A DNA stretch of 64,000 bases from Dehalococcoidia bacterium (lineage in GTDB: Bacteria > Chloroflexota > Dehalococcoidia > Plut-88900), in NCBI GenBank assembly GCA_965249275.1, contig CBDFLQ010000007.1:1030395-1094394 (forward strand), written 5' to 3'. Under the pieces are notes generated by a model that saw only the letters and a program-made list of their open reading frames with translations, searched no databases and had not been told where the DNA came from. A program made the translations under genes and the position numbers. Positions 43,042-52,574 of the stretch are shown piece by piece; position 1 is the stretch's first letter, and each line of letters opens with the position of its first letter.

Positions 43042-45348
43042 TTATCTGGTTTGTAGAATAGTAGACCAGCGTTCCTGGGCAGCATCTGCGGTGGCCCCGG
43101 CCCAGGAGGAGTCGAGGAAGAGGCCGTACTGGGCGTTGTCGGGGGCAGTGGGCAGGGCATCCCTGATGTGGTCCCAGGCACTGTCAGCCAGCAGCGGCAG
43201 GGCCTTCTGGTTCACGGGCCCATAGGGAATGTACAGGGACTCCCTGGCATTGACGTCCGGGAAGGACATCCAAGCTAGGAAGAGTTGGGCCATCTCCCAT
43301 CTCTCTGCATCGAGTTCTTTCAGCCCATTGGGGACGAAGTAGTAGTCCGCGTCCATCACGTGGCCGCACTCCCAGCAGATGTTGATGGGAGCATCGTCGG
43401 CCACTACCGCATCGTAGATACGACCGTTCCAGGTGGTGCAGAGGTCCAGTTCACCGGCTATCAAGAGGGCTGGGCAGTCGGAGCCGCTGTCCCAGGTGAT
43501 GAAGTCGCTGCCAGCTCTCGATACGAAGTCGTCGAGGTAGGTCCAAGCCTCCTCCATCTGGGCGTCGGTGAGGCTGGAGAGCGAAGCAAGGGCACCAGGG
43601 TTTTCGAAGGCCTCGGGGTGCTGGGCTATGTAGGCGAGGTGCGGGTTGATCTGCCAGAAGCTCCACATACCCCGCTTGCCAGGGAATTCTTCCAAGTCGA
43701 AGAAGTCAGCCATTGTGGAGGGCTGGGGGCCGGAATCGGGGAAGGACTCGGTGCTGTAGGCAACTACGGTGGAGAAAATGTCTCCCCCACCGGCGATGTA
43801 GGGTTTACCAGCCTCTACCAAATCAGGGAAGTGGTCTCGCAGGTCGATGACCGAGTAGTCGAGCTCTGCAGCGTGGCCCGAGCGGCCAAGCTGGATTGCA
43901 ACGTCAATGCCCCAGACCCCGATGTCTACGGTGATGTTGCCGGTCTCGGACATGCCGCGAATCTGTCCGACGATGGATGATGTAGTGTCCTCGACGATCT
44001 CGATGCCAAATTCTTCCTGGAAGGGGATGTAGTAGGCATTGCGATGGGCGGCTTGCCATGCACCGCCGCCGTCGAGAACGCTGATGCTTTTGCCCCTGTA
44101 CTTGCCTAGTTCAGCCTCTATCTCGGCCCTGGTGGCAGGGGCGTCTTCGGTCCACTCGTTCCTGGGTCTCAGCGTCGTGCCAGGTGCTTCAGGTTGTTCT
44201 TGTCTCAGCAGGATAGAAGACCAGCGTTCCTGGGCGGCATCTGCGGTGGCCCCGGCCCAGGAGGAGTCGAGGAAGAGGCCGTACTGGGCGTTGTCGGGGG
44301 CAGTGGGCAGGGCATCCCTGATGTGGTCCCATGCCGGGTCATCGAGGAGTGGCAGAGCCTTCTGGTTCACGGGCCCATAGGGGATGTAGAGGGACTCCTG
44401 GGCGTTGACATCCGGGAAGGACATCCATGCCAGGAAGAGTTGGGCCATCTCCCATCTCTCGGCGTCGAGTTCTTTCAGCCCATTGGGGACGAAGTAGTAG
44501 TCGGCGTCCATGACGTGGCCGCATTCCCAGCAGATGTTGATGGGCGCATCGTCTGCGACTACGGCGTCGTAGATACGACCGTTCCAGGTGGTGCAGAGGT
44601 CCAGTTCACCAGCTATCAAGAGGGCTGGGCAGTCGGAGCCGCTGTCCCAGGTGATGAAGTCACTGCCTGCTCTCGCGACGAAATCGTCGAGGTAGGTCCA
44701 GGCCTCCTCCATCTGGGCGTCGGTGAGGCTGGAGAGCGAAGCAAGGGCACCAGGGTTATCGAAGACCTCGGGGTGCTGGGCAATGTAGGCGAGGTGGGGG
44801 TTGATCTGCCAGAAGCTCCACATACCCCGCTTCCCGGGGAATTCTTCCAGGTCGAAAAAGTCGGCCATTGTAGAGGGCTGGGGACCGGAATCGGGGAAGG
44901 ACTCGGTGCTGTAGGCAACTACCGTGGAGAAAATGTCTCCCCCGCCGGCGATGTAGGGTTTACCGGCCTCCACCAGATCGGGGAAGTGGTCTCGCAGGTC
45001 GATGACGGAGTAGTCGAGTTCTGCGGCGTGGCCCGAGCGGCCAAGCTGGATGGCGACGTCAATGCCCCAGACACCGATGTCCACGGTGATGTTGCCGGTC
45101 TCCGACATGCCGCGGATTTGGCCGACGATGGAGGAGGCGGTGTCCTCAATGATCTCGATGCCGAACTGATCCTGGAAGGGGATGTAATAGGCCTTGCGGT
45201 GGGCCGCTTGCCAAGCGCCGCCGCCGTCCAGGACGCTGATGCTCTTACCCCTGTACTTCCCCAGTTCAGCTTCTATCTCGGCCCTGGTAGCAGGGGCGTC
45301 TTCGGTCCACTCGTTCCTGGGCCTCAGGGTAGTGCCAGGCGCTTCGGG
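43042..45348 (-). repeat. Intragenic tandem duplication, period 1155 bp
   Basis: Copy 1 ~44194-45348, copy 2 ~43042-44193; equivalent positions differ by 1155. Confidence 0.95.
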
Positions 45349-45513
45349 CGTGGGAGCTACCGCGACGGAAGTAGCCGTATCGGGAATTTCTTCTGGATCA
45401 TCGTCACCGCATGTTGCGAATACCAGCAGGGCCAGCAACAAGGTGCTTAGAATTCCGATGTACAGGAACCGCTTTTGCCAAGGTCCCTTCCGATTTGCCA
45501 CGAATTGTTTCAC
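43042..45513 (-). CDS. PotD-like ABC substrate-binding lipoprotein with tandem domain duplication
   Basis: Lipobox FATC; two copies of GGGAWQAAHR...DFFDLEEFPGKRG...GELDL..WNGR...YGPVN. Confidence 0.9.
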   Translation of the reverse strand: MKQFVANRKGPWQKRFLYIGILSTLLLALLVFATCGDDDPEEIPDTATSVAVAPTPEAPGTTLRPRNEWTEDAPATRAEIEAELGKYRGKSISVLDGGGAWQAAHRKAYYIPFQDQFGIEIIEDTASSIVGQIRGMSETGNITVDIGVWGIDVAIQLGRSGHAAELDYSVIDLRDHFPDLVEAGKPYIAGGGDIFSTVVAYSTESFPDSGPQPSTMADFFDLEEFPGKRGMWSFWQINPHLAYIAQHPEVFDNPGALASLSSLTDAQMEEAWTYLDDFVARAGSDFITWDSGSDCPALLIAGELDLCTTWNGRIYDAVVADDAPINICWECGHVMDADYYFVPNGLKELDAERWEMAQLFLAWMSFPDVNAQESLYIPYGPVNQKALPLLDDPAWDHIRDALPTAPDNAQYGLFLDSSWAGATADAAQERWSSILLRQEQPEAPGTTLRPRNEWTEDAPATRAEIEAELGKYRGKSISVLDGGGAWQAAHRNAYYIPFQEEFGIEIVEDTTSSIVGQIRGMSETGNITVDIGVWGIDVAIQLGRSGHAAELDYSVIDLRDHFPDLVEAGKPYIAGGGDIFSTVVAYSTESFPDSGPQPSTMADFFDLEEFPGKRGMWSFWQINPHLAYIAQHPEAFENPGALASLSSLTDAQMEEAWTYLDDFVSRAGSDFITWDSGSDCPALLIAGELDLCTTWNGRIYDAVVADDAPINICWECGHVMDADYYFVPNGLKELDAERWEMAQLFLAWMSFPDVNARESLYIPYGPVNQKALPLLADSAWDHIRDALPTAPDNAQYGLFLDSSWAGATADAAQERWSTILQTR

Positions 45514-46278
45514 TGGATCCTCCTCATAAACAACGGCCCCTATCAGACAAGAATTACACTAACCGGACCTGAGCACTTCACATATGAAACTTCTCTTTTG
45601 TATATACGTGCGACATAAAAGACAGAAAACGCGAACCACAGAATTTGCCAATGAATAAACGGCAACCGGGGTAATGGGCTTTTGCCCGAAGGCAAGGAAG
45701 GGACAATCAGGTCAGCTTGGATAGTACCGCGGAACCAAGATATCAGGAAGCTAAGCAAGTAGACTAAGAACAAAGACCCTATTCACCTCCAGACATCCCT
45801 ACCGTGGCCTTGCGCCATGCTAGCACAGTGTCTCCCATCACTCAACACACTACAAATTTTGTCAAACCCGATCTGTCGTTTGAAGTAGCGTCAGTCCATG
45901 TTTCGACCCAAGGACAAGGTCGGAGGTATCCCCGTTATCATTGACATGGGACACGTGCTTGGAACAGACATATCGGCCTTTCCCTACTTGCCGCAGGCGG
46001 CGAGCAGCACGTATGTCTTCTATGAAAATGATGAGCCCCTCATCTGCACTGGAATCCTTAAGGGGCACCTACCCGATCCTTGCAGCGGGAATTTCCAGCG
46101 TAATGGTCGAGTTACAGTGTGCCCGGCCCACCTGCCTAGACTCGAACGCTGCGCAACTTCTCTGGATAAGTTAGTATACGCATAGCCATGTAAGGAGATT
46201 TATCCCAAAGAATTCACTTTTTCATATCTGGTATTTCACCGCCGACTCATGCTTGAATCATCACAAATAAGGGGCCTC

Positions 46279-46848
46279 ATGGACAGGTCAGCGCTCATTG
46301 TCATCGACATGCAGCACGACTTCCTGGATCCCGATTCTCCCTACGCCTGCGCCGACGCCGACCCCCTCATCGAAAACACCCGACGCCTCTGCGACGCCAT
46401 GCGCTCCCATGGCGCACCAGTCATCTACACCCGTGAAGTCCACCGCGCCGACGGGGTGGACCGCGGCCGTGAGGGCGACTCCGAACCCATCCACTGCGTC
46501 GAGGGTACCCGGGGCGTCGAAATCGTGCCCCAACTCACCCCCCACAACGGCGACTATATTGTCGACAAACGCAGGTTCAGCTCCTTCTTCCAGACCGACC
46601 TTGCGGGTCTCCTCAACGGCCTCCGCACCGAGCTTATCGTAGTCTCGGGAGTCACCGCCAATGCCTGTGTCCTCACCACCGTGATAGACGCCTTTCAATA
46701 TGACTTCCATACCGTTACTATTCAGGACTGCGTTTCCAGCAAGGTAGGCCTTCTCCTGGATGAGAACTACAACGACATGATGCGGCTCTACAAATTCTAT
46801 TCAAACCCCCTTCGGCTCGATAGCTTCCTGGCCCTTCTGGAGGACTGA
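46279..46848 (+). CDS. Isochorismatase-family cysteine hydrolase
   Basis: IDMQHDF, DKRRFSSF, GVTANACV (D-K-C triad). Confidence 0.92.
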   Translation: MDRSALIVIDMQHDFLDPDSPYACADADPLIENTRRLCDAMRSHGAPVIYTREVHRADGVDRGREGDSEPIHCVEGTRGVEIVPQLTPHNGDYIVDKRRFSSFFQTDLAGLLNGLRTELIVVSGVTANACVLTTVIDAFQYDFHTVTIQDCVSSKVGLLLDENYNDMMRLYKFYSNPLRLDSFLALLED

Positions 46849-46851
46849 TTA

Positions 46852-48156
46852 GTGCCTGGCTACCACATTTGGACCGTCGGATGCCAGATGAACGAGGCCG
46901 ACTCCGAGCGCCTTGCCAGCGCGCTCGAAAAGATCGGCTGCGACCATTCACCACGCATTGAGGACGCCGATATCATCGTCCTGAACAGCTGTGTCGTCAG
47001 GCAGGGTGTCGAGGACAAGGTCGCCGGACGCCTCAACTCCCTCAAACCCCTCAAGCGGGAAGACCCCAACCGGACCATAGCCCTCATGGGCTGCATGGTC
47101 GGGCCCCGAGACGAGTCTCTGAAGAAGCGCTTCCCTCACGTCGACCTATTCCTCAGGCCCCAGGGTTACGACCCGCTAATCCGGCGCCTGTCCGATGACG
47201 ATGGCACGTGTCTCGATAACCTCGGGCCCCTCATCCCCACCCAGCCCAACATCAGCGTCAATGTGCCCATAATCCACGGCTGCGATAAGTTCTGCACTTT
47301 CTGCATCATCCCCTACCGCCGAGGCCGCGAGCGCAGCCGCCCCATTCCCGAACTCGTCGAAGAAGTGTCGGCCCTTGGACAGCGTGGCGTTAAGGAGGTA
47401 ACCCTCCTTGGCCAGAACGTAGATTCCTACGGCCAGGACCTCGCTGATGACTCGGATCTCGCCGAACTCCTCACGGAGTTAGACCCCATCGACGGAATAG
47501 AGCGCATCCGCTTCCTCACATCTCACCCCAACGACATGAGCCAGAAGCTCATAGACTCCGTTGCGTCACTGCCCAAGGTCTGCGAGCACATCAACCTGCC
47601 CATCCAGGCCGGTGACGACGAGGTTTTGGCGACCATGCACCGCGGCTACACCTCTGCCGACTACCTGGAGTTGACCGGGCGCATCCGAGACACCATCCCC
47701 GGCGTATCTATGAGCACCGACATCATCGTCGGTTTCGCCAACGAGACCGAGGTCCAGTTCCAGCACACCGTCGACATCCTGGAAGAAGTCCGCTTCGACA
47801 AGGTACACGTCGCCCCCTACTCCGTGCGGCCCGGCACCATCGCCTTCCGCAAGATCGATGACTCCCTCGAACAGGACGAAAAGATGCGCCGACTTCACGT
47901 AATCGAGGAGGTGCAGAAGCGCATAGCCGGGGAGCTTAACGAGCCCCTGCTCTGCACCGAGCAGGAAGTCCTGGTCGAAAGACGGCACAAGGGCAAGTGG
48001 CAAGGCCGCACCCGCACCAACAAGCTGGTCTTCCTCCCCGTCGAGGATAATGACCTCATAGGCAAGACGGTCAACGTGAGAATCGACAAGACCGGCCCCT
48101 GGTCTTTGCAGGGCACCCCTTTATCTGCCTCCGTGCCTGCTAGGCAGTCGACCTAG
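46852..48156 (+). CDS. miaB: tRNA-2-methylthio-N6-dimethylallyladenosine synthase
   Basis: GCQMNEADSE, GCDKFCTFC radical SAM motif, TSHP, TRAM domain. Confidence 0.96.
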   Translation: MPGYHIWTVGCQMNEADSERLASALEKIGCDHSPRIEDADIIVLNSCVVRQGVEDKVAGRLNSLKPLKREDPNRTIALMGCMVGPRDESLKKRFPHVDLFLRPQGYDPLIRRLSDDDGTCLDNLGPLIPTQPNISVNVPIIHGCDKFCTFCIIPYRRGRERSRPIPELVEEVSALGQRGVKEVTLLGQNVDSYGQDLADDSDLAELLTELDPIDGIERIRFLTSHPNDMSQKLIDSVASLPKVCEHINLPIQAGDDEVLATMHRGYTSADYLELTGRIRDTIPGVSMSTDIIVGFANETEVQFQHTVDILEEVRFDKVHVAPYSVRPGTIAFRKIDDSLEQDEKMRRLHVIEEVQKRIAGELNEPLLCTEQEVLVERRHKGKWQGRTRTNKLVFLPVEDNDLIGKTVNVRIDKTGPWSLQGTPLSASVPARQST

Positions 48157-48216
48157 AGTCCCTCGTAATCCCTCTATTTACTGGCGGTGTGAAAGCGGGG
48201 ACGCAACCTCTCCGGA

Positions 48217-48657
48217 GTGCATGATTTGACCAAAGCAGACGACCTTCTCAATTCCCTCAGAAGCGCCGGATACAGGCTCACACCCCAGCGGGTGATGATC
48301 CTTTCCGCCATCGCTTCCGGCTCGGGGCACATGACTGCTGAGGATATCCACGAAAAGGTCAAGAAGACATACCCGTTCATAGACATTGCCACCGTCTACC
48401 GCACCATCCAGCTGCTGAAAAAGCAACGTCTGCTCGTCGAGATAGACCTCGGGAGTGGGGCCTACCAGTACGAGATGACCCACGACCAGCGGCATCACCA
48501 CATCGTCTGCCGAGACTGCGGCTCGACTCTGGACATAGACCACCACCGCTTCCTGGAACCCGTCCGGGTCGCCCTCCAACAGGAATATGAGTTCGAAGCA
48601 GACCTGGACCACTTCGCCATATTCGGCATCTGCCGCCAGTGCCGCTCCAAGAATTAA
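48217..48657 (+). CDS. Fur family transcriptional regulator
   Basis: RLTPQR, ATVYRT, HHHIVCRDCG, CRQC. Confidence 0.94.
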   Translation: MHDLTKADDLLNSLRSAGYRLTPQRVMILSAIASGSGHMTAEDIHEKVKKTYPFIDIATVYRTIQLLKKQRLLVEIDLGSGAYQYEMTHDQRHHHIVCRDCGSTLDIDHHRFLEPVRVALQQEYEFEADLDHFAIFGICRQCRSKN

Positions 48658-48916
48658 GCGCCGCCCGCCAATCGACTCTCTAGTCCCTACCGTTCCCTTC
48701 CCGTTAGACCAACACCTACGTCTCCAGACCAACTCGAGACCACATTGCCCATCATTCCGAGCCCATCTCCCCTATCATTCCAAGCCTCCGCGAGGAAGCT
48801 AAGACGCTTCTACCACCACCCGGGCTTTGCTATGACTAACCACGGTAACTCCCCGTCACGTTCAATTCATACCTGCCATCTACGGTAATTACTCCCGTCC
48901 CCCTTCCTATCCACTG

Positions 48917-48945
48917 TTGACACTCGTCAACGTCAGGACTAAAAT
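48917..48945 (+). promoter_or_regulatory. Sigma70-type promoter
   Basis: TTGACA-17nt-TAAAAT. Confidence 0.8.
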
Positions 48946-48954
48946 TTCCTCGCT

Positions 48955-48981
48955 TTAGCACTCGGCTTATTGGAGTGCCAG
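48955..48981 (+). promoter_or_regulatory. CIRCE element (HrcA operator)
   Basis: TTAGCACTC-N9-GAGTGCCAG versus consensus TTAGCACTC-N9-GAGTGCTAA, lying between promoter and RBS. Confidence 0.85.
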
Positions 48982-49000
48982 CCCCATCTCGGAGGAGCGA

Positions 49001-49336
49001 ATGCCTTTATACGACTACGAATGTTTGGCTAACGGCCACGTGTTCGAGGTGCGTCAAAAGGTAATCGAAGTAGGCAACGCCCCTTGCCCCACCTGCTCGT
49101 CCGACTCCCGCAGGATATTTCACTCCGTCCCCATCCTCTTCAAGGGCTCCGGCTTCTACTCCACCGACCACCGCAAAGGTCAGGCCAGCTCCTCCAACGG
49201 TAAGGAGGAGTCCTCATCCGACTCCGAATCCAAGTCCGAGTCTGATTCCTCTTCCAAGTCCAAATCCGAGTCTTCCTCTTCCGATAAGTCCTCCGAGAAG
49301 AGCGCCGACAAGGTCGCATCCAAGACCGACAGCTAG
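49001..49336 (+). CDS. FmdB-family zinc ribbon protein with Ser/Lys/Glu-rich tail
   Basis: MPLYDYEC...CPTC...FKGSGFYSTD. Confidence 0.92.
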   Translation: MPLYDYECLANGHVFEVRQKVIEVGNAPCPTCSSDSRRIFHSVPILFKGSGFYSTDHRKGQASSSNGKEESSSDSESKSESDSSSKSKSESSSSDKSSEKSADKVASKTDS

Positions 49337-49342
49337 TCCCCT

Positions 49343-49810
49343 TTGAAGGCTCTCCTCCAAAGGGTCTCACGCGCCTCGGTAACTATCGATGGCGACACCG
49401 TAGGAAGCATCGCCACCGGGCTTACCCTTTTCCTCTGCGTTGAGCAGGATGATACCGAGCAAGACGCCGACTATCTGAAGGAAAAGTGCCTCAACCTAAG
49501 GACCTTCCCCGACGAAGACGGGCGGTTCGACAGGTCGGTGCTGGATGTGGGTGGCGGTCTCCTAATAATCAGCCAATTCACCCTGGCCGCAGACACCCGC
49601 AAGGGCCGCAGGCCCAGTTTCACCCGCGCCGCCCCACCTGATATCGCCGAGCCCATGGTCGAATATTTCATAACCGCCTGCCGGGCCTCGGGTCTCAGGG
49701 TAGAGACCGGCAAATTTGGAGCCCACATGCAGGTAACCCTCTCCAACGACGGCCCCGTCACCATCTGGCTAGACAGCCGAGACAGACTAACCCCCCGGCG
49801 AAACTCCTAA
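49343..49810 (+). CDS. dtd: D-aminoacyl-tRNA deacylase
   Basis: QRVSRASV, SQFTL, KGRRPSF, NDGPVT. Confidence 0.96.
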   Translation: MKALLQRVSRASVTIDGDTVGSIATGLTLFLCVEQDDTEQDADYLKEKCLNLRTFPDEDGRFDRSVLDVGGGLLIISQFTLAADTRKGRRPSFTRAAPPDIAEPMVEYFITACRASGLRVETGKFGAHMQVTLSNDGPVTIWLDSRDRLTPRRNS

Positions 49811-49861
49811 ACCAGCCTTCCTCGCAGCAATTCGGAAGCCTTCCCATCCCTCTCCCTTGAT

Positions 49862-49992
49862 GAGACCTTTGCATAACCCGTGTTGGGGGGGCGTGGGGCC
49901 GCTCGTGCTGAGGCTCTCGAAGTATGAGCGGGGGGTTAGGGCATCAGGATGGAACAACAGAGATGCGATCTGCAGTTACGCAAAGGTACCTC
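49862..49992. mobile_element. MITE with IS5-like TIRs inserted in a REP-like repeat
   Basis: Ends GAGACCTTTGCATAAC and GTTACGCAAAGGTACCTC; GAT duplicated on both sides; the flanks rejoin to match the intact repeat at ~58757. Confidence 0.75.
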
Positions 49993-50051
49993 GATGGGAG
50001 AAGGCTAGGGTGAGGGTGTTCCAGTGAGGGCATGTTCCAATCAGAAAACCC

Positions 50052-51359
50052 CTACCCCACAAAATTCCTCGGCGGGCTAATCGGCACCCCTTCCGCAAAG
50101 CGGCTCGGCCTGAACGCATCAATATCTATCGACGTCTTCCCGTCCACTATCAACTCCGATATCAACTTCCCACTCATCGGCCCCATCGCAAACCCGTGCC
50201 CCGAGAATCCTGCCGCTACTATGTAGCCCTTAGGCTTATCTACCGCCCCGAACACGGGGAGCATGTCCGGCGTCAGATCGATTAAGCCCGCCCACGCCCT
50301 CTCCTCCCGCACGCCTTTCAGCCAGGGCACAGTCTCCCCAAGTTGCCTTAGCCCCTCATCCACAGTCTCTCGGTTTACCCTTGGCTCGACATCCGACCGC
50401 AGGGGCCACGGACGTCCGACTCGGGAGACCAGGGGCGTCCTGGCATGGAAACTCCTGAACAGCGCCCGGCCCACGTGGAAACGCACCAGCTTATGGTGCC
50501 GGATGATTTGTGGAAGCCACATCCGGATATTGTCGAACGTGTCCCGGGTCACGTCGTAGTCCCTCGGGTGGTTGTATCCCCGGGTAAAGAGGAATCCCCC
50601 GCCCGGCTCCTGCCTGAACCCCGAGTTCGGACCACGCACGAATGGCATAATTCTCCTGGAGACCGGCTCCGTTATCGCCTGCGTCTGCCGGATTATCCGC
50701 ACCGGGAACCGATGGCCTACCTTCCTGCCCACGTGGTTCGCCCACACCCCAGCCGCATTCACAATATAGGGCGCGTCGATCCTGCCCAAGTCCGTGCGTA
50801 CCGAAGTGACCTGTCCATCGCTGGTATCAATGTCCAGGGCCGCGCAGTTGGTCAGCACCTCCACCCCCAACTCCCGTGCCGCCATCTCGAAGGCCTTGGT
50901 GCTTCTCGCCGGGTCTGCGTGCCCGTCAGTCGGCGAGTAGAGAGCCCCTAGCACCGGGGCATTGAGCTCGGGGACCAAATCCCGGCACTCTTCGGGGCTT
51001 ATTGCGTAGGAATCGACCCCGTGCTCCTTGGCCAGCCGAGCCCCTCGCTCGATCTCCTTCATATCCGCTTCGTTTTCAACATAGAGTAGGTTGCCGCCGC
51101 TTACGTAACCGATGTCGGCCCCTAACTCCTTTTCCAGTCCCTCCCACATCTTGATACACTCCAGCATGAAGGGATATTCCACCGGGTTCCGACCCTGTAC
51201 CCGCACCCCTCCCGTGTTCCGCCCCGAGGCCTCACCGGCAGTCTCCCCTTTCTCCACCACCGTGACCCTCTTACCCCGCTTGGCCAGGTGATAGGCCGCG
51301 GCGCAGCCCGTGATTCCACCACCGATGATCACGACGTCAGCATCTCTACGCTTGCTCAT
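50052..51359 (-). CDS. FAD-dependent oxidoreductase (DAO/sarcosine oxidase beta family)
   Basis: VVIIGGGITG, ASGRNTG, WAGLIDLTPD, GFSGHGF. Confidence 0.93.
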   Translation of the reverse strand: MSKRRDADVVIIGGGITGCAAAYHLAKRGKRVTVVEKGETAGEASGRNTGGVRVQGRNPVEYPFMLECIKMWEGLEKELGADIGYVSGGNLLYVENEADMKEIERGARLAKEHGVDSYAISPEECRDLVPELNAPVLGALYSPTDGHADPARSTKAFEMAARELGVEVLTNCAALDIDTSDGQVTSVRTDLGRIDAPYIVNAAGVWANHVGRKVGHRFPVRIIRQTQAITEPVSRRIMPFVRGPNSGFRQEPGGGFLFTRGYNHPRDYDVTRDTFDNIRMWLPQIIRHHKLVRFHVGRALFRSFHARTPLVSRVGRPWPLRSDVEPRVNRETVDEGLRQLGETVPWLKGVREERAWAGLIDLTPDMLPVFGAVDKPKGYIVAAGFSGHGFAMGPMSGKLISELIVDGKTSIDIDAFRPSRFAEGVPISPPRNFVG

Positions 51360-51808
51360 GCCTCCGGCTCCTCCAGTTTTTGCTCCAACTCCTCGACCCG
51401 CCGCTTCAACTCGCGCTCCCTCTGCCAACCCTCGGTTGCGTCCCTCATTATCGCCGCCACACCCTCGACCTCGCCGTCATCTCCCTTGATCAGCACCACG
51501 GTGAACTCCAGTGATATCCGGCCGCCATCCCGCCGAATGCCTGGCACCGACAGCAGCCTGTCTCCGTATTGGGTTTCTCCAGTCTCGACGACCCGATGGT
51601 AGCCTTCCCAGTGCCTATCCCTGAACCGCTCCGGCACAATCAGATCGAGAGTAGACACCAGCGCCTCCGACTCCCCATACCCGAAAATCCGCTCCGCACC
51701 CCCATTCCACAGCCGGATCTTTCCATCGCGATCGGCGAAGACTATCGCATCTCCCGAACCTTCGAATATCTGCTTTAATATTCGGAGCTTGTTTGCTTCC
51801 TCGTTCAA
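51356..51808 (-). CDS. Stand-alone PAS domain protein
   Basis: DAIVFADRDGKIRLWNGGAERIFGY, C-terminal RDAT and coiled coil. Confidence 0.9.
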   Translation of the reverse strand: MNEEANKLRILKQIFEGSGDAIVFADRDGKIRLWNGGAERIFGYGESEALVSTLDLIVPERFRDRHWEGYHRVVETGETQYGDRLLSVPGIRRDGGRISLEFTVVLIKGDDGEVEGVAAIMRDATEGWQRERELKRRVEELEQKLEEPEA

Positions 51809-51923
51809 GTCTTACCTTCGAGAATTATGGTATTTTGAGCCCCCGTGCCCGATGTTCCCCCGATTCTCGACCATTGTCAAACCGCCCTCGGCCGTCCTGA
51901 TATCCCCGTGAAGGAGCCCCGAC

Positions 51924-52442
51924 ATGCCTGGCGAGTTCCTATTCTGCCCCATGTGCCGCACAGACCTGACTCCCAAGACTCGAGGTGGCAGACCCCGGCC
52001 TCACTGCCGGGAATGTGGCTACGTCCAATACCGCAATCCCGTCGCGGGCGTTGCAGTAATATGCCGCCGGGGACAAGGGATATTGATGGGGCGAAGGGCC
52101 GCTGGGCAAAGTCGGGGAGGCGACTGGTGCATCCCCTGCGGCTACGTCGAGTGGGGTGAGGATATAAGAGAGGCCGCCATACGGGAGATGCTCGAAGAGA
52201 CTGGGCTAATTATCAAGGTCGGGCCCGTCTACGATGTCCACTCCAATTTCCACGACCCCAAGTCCCTCACCGTCGGCGTCTGGTTCACCGGGACAATCAT
52301 CGGAGGCACGATGAACGCCTCCGATGATGTGGATATTGTCGATTTCTTCCCCCTGGACGAAATCCCCGAGCCCCTCGCCTTCCCCACCGACAGCCTCGTC
52401 CTGGACAGGCTACGCCGGGAAGGATTCCCCGACGGCCTTTAG
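51924..52442 (+). CDS. NUDIX hydrolase with N-terminal zinc ribbon
   Basis: FCPMC..CRECG..YRNP, GYVEWGEDIREAAIREMLEETG. Confidence 0.93.
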   Translation: MPGEFLFCPMCRTDLTPKTRGGRPRPHCRECGYVQYRNPVAGVAVICRRGQGILMGRRAAGQSRGGDWCIPCGYVEWGEDIREAAIREMLEETGLIIKVGPVYDVHSNFHDPKSLTVGVWFTGTIIGGTMNASDDVDIVDFFPLDEIPEPLAFPTDSLVLDRLRREGFPDGL

Positions 52443-52574
52443 TAATATCCTGAATAAATTGTGCCCCAATCTGTTCGGCCTGTTATCCCCCATGGGTATG
52501 CCGAACGGATCGGGGCACAATACTCAAAGCCCTTTACTTGTTTAGATGGCTATTGGTTCGGCTCCGTAAACCGC

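Noticed and set aside
45862-46185. Short ORFs at the island boundary
   Set aside because: No recognisable motif or RBS on either strand.
49190-49330. Repetitive tcc/gag tract
   Set aside because: Encodes the low-complexity Ser-rich tail of the FmdB protein; not a CRISPR array or satellite.
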